From Myxococcota bacterium (lineage in GTDB: Bacteria; Myxococcota_A; SURF-8; G963663525): DNA of 64,000 bases. This document shows, one piece after another, positions 19,118 to 27,265 of the stretch. Position 1 is the first letter of the stretch; every line of letters begins with the position of its first letter. Made by a program: the position numbers and the translations under genes. The notes beneath the pieces are model-generated. The model was not told where the DNA came from and ran no database searches. It saw only the letters and a list, made by a program, of their open reading frames with translations. The stretch lies in assembly GCA_963676915.2 (NCBI GenBank), contig CAXXVK010000059.1, positions 18,735-82,734 of the forward strand, in the 5' to 3' direction.

Positions 19118-19522
19118 TCATTTCTTTGTTTCGGGTTTATCCGTTGTCGGTTGCGCTTCCATTGGGTTGTCGTTGGATTCTTCTTCAATCGTTTGCTCGA
19201 TAAAGCGCTGCTTGCTTTCGTCCCAACACCATACGTTGATTTGATCGGGATGCTTCTGGCACTCCCACGGAGCGAGGGGACCATCGATCCCCTGAAGCTT
19301 CAGTGATTCGGTGGCGACCGTACCAACGGCTTGTCTTAGTTTTTCGGTCGCACGCTCTGTGATCTCCTGGTGGTTGGCGCAACTGACGGCAGAAAAACTA
19401 AAGAACAAGAGGACTATGCAGATTGTTAGACAGTTTTCTGGAAATAGATCTGCAAAACGACCATTGCTGGAAATATTCCGAGATATATCATTCCACTTTA
19501 ATGAAGCTTTCATTTCTAACAA
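19118..19522 (-). CDS. Putative lipoprotein
   Basis: Hydrophobic stretch ending SAVSC; start uncertain. Confidence 0.45.
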   Translation of the reverse strand: MLEMKASLKWNDISRNISSNGRFADLFPENCLTICIVLLFFSFSAVSCANHQEITERATEKLRQAVGTVATESLKLQGIDGPLAPWECQKHPDQINVWCWDESKQRFIEQTIEEESNDNPMEAQPTTDKPETKK

Positions 19523-20228
19523 CCAAACGCTTTTTACATGCTTTGCACGTTACACCCTTTGCCGTAGTGTCTGCCGAAATCTGGGTTTGGCACCAAGGGC
19601 AAGGACCTTTTAATCGCTTTATCGTCGAGACAGTTTTCCTGAATATCATGATAATCCCAACAATAAACAGCGGACCTCCAATAATGGCACCAACTACACT
19701 CAAGGATAGGGCCAACCCAATTACCATCAATACAATACCAAGGACAGGATGTGAGCCAGAATCTGTTCTTTCATACAGAATTGTCTTCAGAGGGTCTTTA
19801 AATTTTATCGAGGTAATTTCTCTTACCTCGGCTGCTAAGTGGTTTTCGACAACGGTATTGGAGCCCTTTACCTTCTGAAGAGTTAGCATACAATCAGTAC
19901 ACATGAATTCGCCACTTTTTAGTGTTGTTTTTAGACTTCCAAGTGCGCATCCACAGACAGCACATTGACCGGAGGTTACGGGTGGTAATGATTCAGAATG
20001 TGGGTTGGAGCTACCTTCATTTTCAGTGGATTTGCTTAAATCTTCTGGCTCAACATAGGTGCCATTTATTTTATTTGCAATGTCTTCAATTGTCATGTTT
20101 TTTGAAACAACGCCAAACCCCTCAACTTTCACGAGCTTTCTATGGCAAGCGCAGCAGTATAATTCACCAGTCAGGCTTTTATTTTTTAAAAGGCCAAGTT
20201 TATTACCACAGATCGCACAGTTTTCCAT
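19488..20228 (-). CDS. Zn-ribbon membrane protein
   Basis: Repeated CxxC pairs around a TM hairpin; AT-rich. Confidence 0.7.
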   Translation of the reverse strand: MENCAICGNKLGLLKNKSLTGELYCCACHRKLVKVEGFGVVSKNMTIEDIANKINGTYVEPEDLSKSTENEGSSNPHSESLPPVTSGQCAVCGCALGSLKTTLKSGEFMCTDCMLTLQKVKGSNTVVENHLAAEVREITSIKFKDPLKTILYERTDSGSHPVLGIVLMVIGLALSLSVVGAIIGGPLFIVGIIMIFRKTVSTIKRLKGPCPWCQTQISADTTAKGVTCKACKKRLVVRNESFIKVE

Positions 20229-20331
20229 AGGTTACATCCTTCCTGAAGGCCATTGTGCTACTCTTAGTGTTCAGCATAAATGATACTTATAGACTGTAGA
20301 CTGTCAAGTATTCTCGCAAGACAATCCCCGC

Positions 20332-20547
20332 ATGAAAAAGGAGAAGAACAAAGCATGTGTGGATTTCGGTCGGAAAGTCCGCCAATTACGAGAAGAGCAA
20401 GGCTATTCTCAGGAAAGATTTGCCTTGGAAATCGAGATCCATCGGACGTATATCGGCGGCATCGAACGCGGTGAACGAAATCCTACCCTCATCACCATCC
20501 ACAAGATCGCGAAGGCGTTGAACGTCAAACCGAGTGAACTTCTGTAG
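20332..20547 (+). CDS. XRE-family HTH regulator
   Basis: YSQERFA..HRTYIGGIERGERNPTL..IAKAL. Confidence 0.9.
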   Translation: MKKEKNKACVDFGRKVRQLREEQGYSQERFALEIEIHRTYIGGIERGERNPTLITIHKIAKALNVKPSELL

Positions 20548-21305
20548 CCTTACGAGGACAAGATACAGATTTACCTTCCTGCCAACTCTTCATTTTGAAA
20601 GGATGAGTCGGGCCGGATTCCGTTATCGTTTCTTCAAAAGATCATGCGTCTTCTGGTCTTTCAATGAATCCTAACTCTAATCATTACGGATGGGGAGACG
20701 AAGCTCTCTTTCTCTATTCGGGGACTCATACCATGTCAACGGTGACGAACGCATATGGGACGCCAACAAATCAATATTCAAAAAATCGCCTACATAGCCC
20801 GATCCGGCCTTCAACCCTATTACGCCCTTCGAAAGGTCTGATCGTTGCTGAAAACGAAGATTTCGAGCTTCTTTCGCTATGTATTGCTGCCTTCGCTCTT
20901 GGACTTTTTCCCTGGACGAAGATCCCGGGACGAATCGAGTCAGCGTGATCGAATTTCGGATGTAAAGGAAACATGCCATAAAATTGAAAAAGGCAGCGAA
21001 ATCAAACGATCTCCGCTGCCTTCTGAGTTATCTGAAAATGAGTGGTGAAGTTTCACTTCACGGTGCTCATTGCTATATTCCTGTTGGGAGCGAACCGAAG
21101 CCCGCCCCGCAGGTAATAAAATTATTTACTTATTTATTAGAATAATCATTAGGCATATTAAGAGTTTCTTTATTCATTTTTTTGTCTTTGTTATTCATGC
21201 TGTTATTAGCTTTAGTATTGTTTTTTTTGGTTCTATTGGTTCGTTCCGTTCGCCAATGCCTATCCGACCACGTTCATCCCAACGCTGATAGGGTGACGCG
21301 AACGT

Positions 21306-21803
21306 TTAAGAATAGTCACTATCCAGCACCTTTTTCAATATGGCTTTGATTTCTTTTTTCTTGACGGTTTTTGCCATCATTTTGCCAATGGCTGGAAGGA
21401 TATCATGCTCATGAACACGGCTATATTCAGAATAGGTTCTGGCCGCTCGGTTCGGTTTGATAACCTCTTCCAAGTATTGCTCTGACAGATCTTCGATTAC
21501 CTGCGATTTTATCTTTTCGATACGTTGATTCAGAGGAACGGTCGCCGGATCATACCCCTGCTCAAGTCTTCGCACTGCATCACCATAAGCAGCGTGAGCC
21601 TTGGCGACTGTCATTTCTGGGTACTGCCCGAGTGTAAGCATTCTGGATTTGTTGTTGTACCGATACATGAAAATCCAGGATCTACGTCCAGTTGGAAAGA
21701 TCCTAATGCCAAGATTTCCAAAACCGTAAGAATTCTCCTCCCAAACGTTGTAACGCTTGTCTCTTGGTTTCAGGCTAGAGATCTGTTTATCGGTGAATTT
21801 CAT
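21306..21803 (-). pseudogene. Truncated tyrosine integrase (arm-binding and partial core-binding domains only)
   Basis: MKFTDKQISSLKP..LGIRI..G..SW.F.YR..LTLGQYP; stops after about 165 aa with no catalytic domain; adjacent to att. Confidence 0.85.
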
Positions 21804-21972
21804 AATCAGTTGGTCTATTCGGGCTAGCACTGGGCTAGCATTTACAGGGTTGCAGTGGGTGAAAACCAATGACACGGCATGAATACATAATACAGATAAC
21901 ATGTTGTAATTGCAAGTAATTCTAAAAACCTTCTGAATGCCATTGAAAGTCTATGAAATGCCATAGCTACTA

Positions 21973-22037
21973 ATTCGTAATCAGCAGGTCAGGAGTTCAA
22001 GTCTCCTCGTTAGCTCCAGTAAAATCAAGCACTTACG
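21973..22037 (+). repeat. attR-like copy of tRNA-Thr 3' half
   Basis: 63/65 identical to 5285-5349; followed by its own terminator hairpin to about 22063. Confidence 0.92.
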
Positions 22038-22380
22038 GCTTCGGCAGTAAGTGCTTTTTTTATTCCGTCGTGCATCCGTCGTACAGGGGAAGGGATTTGG
22101 GGCAAACTATTTTTCAGGTTTGTCCTTGGATTGGTGGGGTGTACGTTCATTTGTGCGGTCTTGTACGTTCATTCAAGAAAACAGATTACTCGCCTTCCTG
22201 AGCAAATTTACTCAATACATTGAGAATTCTGTAGCTGGTGCCAGTGGGAACCAATACTGCTGTAAACGTTTTTCTTGCAAAGTACCTATTCGTAACTGTT
22301 TTTCACGTCTTGTAATCGTTTTTCTCGGAAACTCGTTCGATGATGGAAAAATTGCAACCAGATATCAAGAAGTGGATGCA

Positions 22381-22959
22381 CTATTGTCCAGTAGGCAATT
22401 TTCTATCGGCATTCTGGATCTGGCGGCGAGTGATCAGCCCCCGCTTAAGTGCTTCGGAAATAGCCTGCTCCAGAAGATCCCTAGGAAACGCTTCATCACC
22501 GGCAACATCCAGGATCGTTCGCATGGGGGGCGTCACAGCAACGCCGTGCATTTGCTGAATATCGGATGGTGAAAGATCGGCAACATGAAGATGGAGAATA
22601 TTCGGGATCTCGCTGTTGCGTCGAAATCCCTTCGGTACAATCATGTGGAGCCGGTCCGGATTGACATCACTGAGATCGTGCAGCGCGAGGGCCGTGTCGT
22701 ACGAGTAAACACCCTGGGGCTCTTCATTGCGGTTACGTGACCAGAGGTACCAGAGCATCAGATCTGGACGTTCGGTCTGGGGGTAGTTCGCCAGTCGGTA
22801 AATCCCCCGGTGCTCCCGGATCCAGTTACCCATTTCGACATGGTAGCCGATGGATTGTTCAAAGTATCCCACGTCTTTCGCCTGTTTGGCCGTAAAGAAG
22901 CCCTGCTGGGCATCGGCAATATCGAACAGGCGTTTTGCTGTTTCAGTACTATCTCTCAT
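22381..22959 (-). CDS. Type IV TA AbiEi-family antitoxin (orphan)
   Basis: QQGFFTAKQA..RGIYRL..SYDTALALHDLSD..VTPPMRTILD. Confidence 0.85.
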   Translation of the reverse strand: MRDSTETAKRLFDIADAQQGFFTAKQAKDVGYFEQSIGYHVEMGNWIREHRGIYRLANYPQTERPDLMLWYLWSRNRNEEPQGVYSYDTALALHDLSDVNPDRLHMIVPKGFRRNSEIPNILHLHVADLSPSDIQQMHGVAVTPPMRTILDVAGDEAFPRDLLEQAISEALKRGLITRRQIQNADRKLPTGQ

Positions 22960-23029
22960 TGCATATTCCTCAAACTATCTTTGAGGATTATGCTTAGTTG
23001 AGCGCAAATTCCAACGAATAGACCTTCTT

Positions 23030-23620
23030 TTAGGGATTGGGAAGAGTGCAGCAAAGCCGAATTACAATAGTCTGCAGGATAGTTTCGGGCGAATCATGAT
23101 CAGTTGAAAGAGGTGGAAGAACAGTGCATGGAAGTCTGCGCGCCAGCTGTTCCGCATGATCGCTTACCTTCAAAAAGAACTGCATCAATTCCGTTGTTGG
23201 TCCTTGCTCACTCAGTCTTCGGCTCAAGGTATCAGTATCTATCCGTAATGGTTGAATCAATACTTTCTTCTCTATCGCACTTAGGAACCTCTGAATGACC
23301 GATAGATAGTGCAAATAGACATCCCTGTTTCGCATGGCGGCATAAGCGAGGTTTCCCGGATGCCATGTTTCAACGATACGGGGGGCTTTGCATAACACGT
23401 CGCGAGCAATCTCTTCCTCGATGACCTTGCGGTCGAAAAGTGCTTCACTGTTGGCTGCGTGCGTTCCATCCGGTTTGGTCTGTTCAATTTCTCGATAGTA
23501 GCGCCCTATCTCGTCTTCAAAGGGAACTCCCAACCTTTCCGACAACATTTTTCCCAGTGTCGTCTTGCCGCTACCATGAGGTCCAATGAGGACCAAGATT
23601 GTATTTTCATACAGCTTCAT
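23030..23620 (-). CDS. P-loop nucleotide kinase-like protein
   Basis: GPHGSGKTT Walker A, NMP-kinase-like layout, ETWHPGNLAYA; ATGA overlap with radical SAM gene. Confidence 0.8.
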   Translation of the reverse strand: MKLYENTILVLIGPHGSGKTTLGKMLSERLGVPFEDEIGRYYREIEQTKPDGTHAANSEALFDRKVIEEEIARDVLCKAPRIVETWHPGNLAYAAMRNRDVYLHYLSVIQRFLSAIEKKVLIQPLRIDTDTLSRRLSEQGPTTELMQFFLKVSDHAEQLARRLPCTVLPPLSTDHDSPETILQTIVIRLCCTLPNP

Positions 23621-24513
23621 ATTGCCTCCCACCATGTTAATACGTCTTCAGGATTTTCGACTTTTTTCATGTCGAAGGCTTGATCGCGGCGGAGCATGCA
23701 GGGTACGAGCAGACCGTCCGGCGTCAGACGCGCCGCATGAATGCCCTCTCTGCAAATCTTCCTTTGACTGCAACTCTTGCACATGTGATAGGGGGCAAAT
23801 TTTCCGAGCCGCTCGTGCTTGATCTCGACGATCATCTTACCGTAGTGGAGATGCTCAGTGGGCAGGCTGTAAGGGTCCGGGGCGACCACAATTTCATCAG
23901 GTCTTCCGAGAATGCGCTTCACGACCGCCTTCATGTCCTCAGGAGTCAGGTGTCCATTCAAGTCATCCAGGGGATTCATGGTAGCGTTGTTCGACCGGGC
24001 CCAGTGCAACAGCTCGTGCAGATCACTAAAATCGCGTTCGCCCCGATAGACATAGTTTAGTTTGGGGTTGTAGGAGTGGGCAAGCAGATAGTCCAAGACG
24101 CGCATGCGCTGGTGGAATTGGCGATTGGAAGTTCCCGAACGGACGGCGGCTTCTTCCAGCGTGAAGCCGTGCAGGCTCAGGTTGATGCGGTCTAATCCGT
24201 TGGACAAGGCTGCTTTCACGACTTCCAGCGGTACGCAGCCGTTCGTGACTACAGAGAGGTCCGTAGTCGGAAAAACGTCGCGGATCTTACACAAGATGGA
24301 GATCAGGTGCGGATGTAAAAAAGCCTCACCTCCTAGGAGCTTGATTTTGCCGAGCAGCATCTCGGATAACAGGTTCAGCCAGCGACCGAGATCCTCTGGC
24401 ACCATGTCGGATTTCGGTTTCACATCGGCTCCCTCGCGGTGACAGTAGTTGCATTTCAGACCGCAGCGCTCCGTAATCTGAATGCGCAGGTAGCGGGGAA
24501 TAGGGTTCAGCAT
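23617..24513 (-). CDS. MoaA-like radical SAM enzyme (not a canonical MoaA)
   Basis: YLR..CGLKCNYC, GGEA, TNG, RINLSL, KLN, CxxC-x5-C..RLTPDG..PC; lacks the MoaA C-terminal GG; no moaC in window. Confidence 0.85.
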   Translation of the reverse strand: MLNPIPRYLRIQITERCGLKCNYCHREGADVKPKSDMVPEDLGRWLNLLSEMLLGKIKLLGGEAFLHPHLISILCKIRDVFPTTDLSVVTNGCVPLEVVKAALSNGLDRINLSLHGFTLEEAAVRSGTSNRQFHQRMRVLDYLLAHSYNPKLNYVYRGERDFSDLHELLHWARSNNATMNPLDDLNGHLTPEDMKAVVKRILGRPDEIVVAPDPYSLPTEHLHYGKMIVEIKHERLGKFAPYHMCKSCSQRKICREGIHAARLTPDGLLVPCMLRRDQAFDMKKVENPEDVLTWWEAI

Positions 24514-25094
24514 ACCGCCACCTCCTGCATCATGCCCATAGCGAGCTCAACCACTTCCTTTGGAGCGAGTTCAGTGGTATCGATGGAAATGACCCGCCCA
24601 TGATATTCTTGCTGAAGCTCAGCTTGGTAGATCGTGCATAGTCGATCCGCCCGTTCCAGACTGTCACGGTCGATGCGGGTGGTCTTATCGCGACCACGTA
24701 TGCGCTGGTCCCTGACATCGGCGCCTGCCGTCAGAAAGAGCGTGACATCCGGCGTGAGGCAGTCACGTTCCAGAGCATCTCGGCAAGGCTCGAACCCACC
24801 CAGGCGAGCGTATGCGATCGTGCTCGCCAGGTAACGGTCCATGACGTCCGAACGGCCACCAAGAAGAAGCTCCTGCGCCCTAACGCTAGCTCTCAGTACA
24901 GTGGAAGCGTAATAGTAAAAGCGCGCCGGGTAGATATCGGCAAGGTTGCTGTCGATCGTATCCCGCACCGCTGATAATTCTTTGGGCGGCGTGGTCAGCA
25001 GCTCCGCCTTCAGCGATGTGGCCAGTAGATCAGCGACGGTCGATTTTCCCACTCCGTCCAGCCCTTCCACTACAACGAAGATCGGTTTCAGCAT
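24507..25094 (-). CDS. Thymidylate-kinase family protein, CMPK2-like
   Basis: EGLDGVGKST, L.A.LL.TPP, DRY.ASTIAY, PDVTLFL. Confidence 0.85.
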   Translation of the reverse strand: MLKPIFVVVEGLDGVGKSTVADLLATSLKAELLTTPPKELSAVRDTIDSNLADIYPARFYYYASTVLRASVRAQELLLGGRSDVMDRYLASTIAYARLGGFEPCRDALERDCLTPDVTLFLTAGADVRDQRIRGRDKTTRIDRDSLERADRLCTIYQAELQQEYHGRVISIDTTELAPKEVVELAMGMMQEVAVC

Positions 25095-25097
25095 GGC

Positions 25098-25589
25098 TTA
25101 CACCTCCTCTTCGCACGCTGCTTCGATAGCCACCACTTCCGCTTGCCGTGATTTGCCTGCGAGACTGATGACGACCTCGTCGCTGATTTCCTTGCCGATC
25201 AGGTATTGTCCGAGGGGCGCATTGTAGGCTACCCGATTTCTGGCGGGGTCGCTGTCGTCGTAGCTGCCGATCACGAGGCGACGTTCTTCCTCCTCGTCCT
25301 CGAACAGGATCGTGACCGCGCATCCTGGAGTGACCCGCTCCGGGTCGGTCGGCGGCACGATCAGGTCGACACGGGTTAGGATTTCCTCCATTTCTTTGAT
25401 TCGGCGGGCAAGTTGGTGCATCTGACGCTGGTTTTCTTCGTAGGCGAAGTTGTCATGCCACACAGAATTGTCACCGGCATCGGCGGCATCCTCGTTCGTG
25501 GCGGTAACGCTGAAGTAAGCCTCGCGTACTTTTGAATATTGGTCGTTGAAGCGGGCCAAGCCGCCCTTGGTCATGATATAGCGGTTCAT
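25098..25589 (-). CDS. GreA/GreB-family factor, divergent tip (GDNSVWHDNF)
   Basis: MT..G N-terminal coiled coil, V.PG..V, APLGQYLIGK..D.V C-terminal domain. Confidence 0.88.
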   Translation of the reverse strand: MNRYIMTKGGLARFNDQYSKVREAYFSVTATNEDAADAGDNSVWHDNFAYEENQRQMHQLARRIKEMEEILTRVDLIVPPTDPERVTPGCAVTILFEDEEEERRLVIGSYDDSDPARNRVAYNAPLGQYLIGKEISDEVVISLAGKSRQAEVVAIEAACEEEV

Positions 25590-25867
25590 CTCCCACCTCC
25601 CTGCCAATGGGCTGGGACGGATCCATCCAACTTGTAAACGGTTTTGATCAATCCCTGCGGTGTTAGGATTACGACCAAACGCTTGAGCTTACCGCGGATT
25701 TCTGCGGGAAGGGCCTTCCACTCCGGCTTTGAATTTTTACTGGGTAGGAAATATGCGAGGTCACCTGACCCTGCGTAATACTCCCGTCCGAATGACAAGG
25801 CACAATCAATAGCGAAGTCTCGAATGCCGCGCTGTTGAGCTCGTATCTCTGAGTGTCTGCTTTTCAT
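25586..25867 (-). CDS. DUF4258-like small protein
   Basis: SRH..R.QQRGI..G..LVV..G.IKTVY pattern; GGAGG RBS. Confidence 0.7.
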   Translation of the reverse strand: MKSRHSEIRAQQRGIRDFAIDCALSFGREYYAGSGDLAYFLPSKNSKPEWKALPAEIRGKLKRLVVILTPQGLIKTVYKLDGSVPAHWQGGGR

Positions 25868-25963
25868 TTTCGCCTCCAGTTTTGTTTTTCTGAAGGCGAT
25901 TTTCCTAGATTATCGAGGTGTTATTGAAAGTTTCCCAAAACGGCAGGGGAAGGGCTTGGAGCT

Positions 25964-26647
25964 TTATTCGTCGGACTCATATTCTTCTGTAATTTTATGC
26001 ACATATACTTGAACAGATGGTGCCTTTGCCGTCCGATCAACCCATTTAACGAATTCAGTAAAATTGTCTGGTTTCGGGTCTAGGTCGTCAACAGTATCGC
26101 TCGCGAACAGCCAGAAGGTCACTCGACCTTCTGAATCTTCAATTCTGTAGTCATCGACTTTACGTGGTTCGAAGGGCAGATCACTTACTGTATTTCTTTC
26201 GTCGGTCAAAATATGAAACTCTTCTTGATCATTGGTCGCCACAACCATCGCCCTTGCGGGAGTGGAAGTTAGATAGACCTTGATTCTGAATAGCCTCTTA
26301 TCTTCGTCGTCCCGGATTAGATGTAGTCCCTCCGCATAGTCAATACATTGTGGAGTTCCACAAAGTGTTGCAACAGCCCTGAAAGTGGTAATGGGTTGGT
26401 CAAATACGGCCTTACCTTTTTCCCATAACGAAGTGACGAAAAAGGACAGTGTCTGGATTGATTCTGAACAGATGTGATCTTGCTTTTCCTGGTTCCATTC
26501 GAAGCCAAGATAGTCGAGCACATTCAGAATTCGATCATCCTGGCATCGGCCCAACCAGAGGTCAACTTCGATCCGGTCTTCACGTGTGAGTTGTCCCCGA
26601 ACAAGCTTGCGGAGGGTGGCAACATCTGGTGGAAGTTTGATAGGCAT
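25964..26647 (-). CDS. Hypothetical protein, anti-sigma-like N-terminus
   Basis: TGATG coupling to upstream gene; PD..L..GQL..V..L..C resembles a degenerate zf-HC2 region. Confidence 0.6.
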   Translation of the reverse strand: MPIKLPPDVATLRKLVRGQLTREDRIEVDLWLGRCQDDRILNVLDYLGFEWNQEKQDHICSESIQTLSFFVTSLWEKGKAVFDQPITTFRAVATLCGTPQCIDYAEGLHLIRDDEDKRLFRIKVYLTSTPARAMVVATNDQEEFHILTDERNTVSDLPFEPRKVDDYRIEDSEGRVTFWLFASDTVDDLDPKPDNFTEFVKWVDRTAKAPSVQVYVHKITEEYESDE

Positions 26648-27264
26648 CAGGAAAAATTCTCCTTCCACATTTCTATCGTTTTTGCAATCTCACGCTGCTC
26701 TGTTTCCGATAGAACCTCATCAATTTTCAGAAAATCCGTTATCGAACCACGAATGGCCAATGCAATAAATGGTTCTTCGTGGATCGAGCAATCTCGACCA
26801 ACCAACTCCATCACAGTGTCCTTGCTACCTTTAGCTGATTCGAGCCGTAATTCCCTTGCTGTTTTCCATTTTTCACCAAATCCAGGAGCACTCTTTAGTC
26901 TTCCCGCAAATGAGTAAGGTGGCTCATCCTTCTCAAACTTTGAAAAGTATACAGCAGTTATCGCATCGAGGTACTCAGGTTTCCTAAAAATAGAAACATC
27001 GCCCAAAATCCCTTTCCAAACCACGCAATGCCGCCAAGCAGCCAGAAGTCCATATTTCGATCGATTGCCTTTAGTGAAATTAAGCATTTCAGAAGGCAGT
27101 TCAGTGTTAATTGGCTCAGGCTGAAATCCTAACACCCTTAAAGCCCGTTTAGCATGCCGAAACCAGATTGGTCGCATGGCAGGACAGGTCGTATCCGCCA
27201 TATCTCCGAGGGCGATAATGATTTCCCTGTAAAGTTTCTCTTTAGCAGAATCACTCATGTTCAC
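26647..27264 (-). CDS. Hypothetical protein coupled to CHAT gene
   Basis: 205-aa ORF starting right after the CHAT stop. Confidence 0.65.
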   Translation of the reverse strand: MNMSDSAKEKLYREIIIALGDMADTTCPAMRPIWFRHAKRALRVLGFQPEPINTELPSEMLNFTKGNRSKYGLLAAWRHCVVWKGILGDVSIFRKPEYLDAITAVYFSKFEKDEPPYSFAGRLKSAPGFGEKWKTARELRLESAKGSKDTVMELVGRDCSIHEEPFIALAIRGSITDFLKIDEVLSETEQREIAKTIEMWKENFS

Positions 27265-27265
27265 A

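Larger units (their letters stand above)
5331..22018. mobile_element. Genomic island / satellite-like integrative element in tRNA-Thr (probably defective)
   Basis: Flanking att duplication, integrase remnant next to the right att, D5 helicase, XRE regulator, resolvase, cargo genes. Confidence 0.85.

Noticed and set aside
20560-21300. Short ORFs between XRE gene and integrase
   Set aside because: No recognisable product, and no continuation of the integrase catalytic domain was seen.
21973-22018. Second tRNA gene
   Set aside because: Only the 3' half is present; it is an att copy.
23617-24513. Calling the radical SAM moaA or viperin
   Set aside because: It lacks the MoaA C-terminal GG and any Moco gene context, and lacks the viperin N-terminal signature; left as MoaA-like.
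25868-25963. ECF-type promoter (GAAACTT..TCTA) before the DUF4258 gene
   Set aside because: Spacing is off by 1-2 bp and a sigma70-like reading is equally possible.
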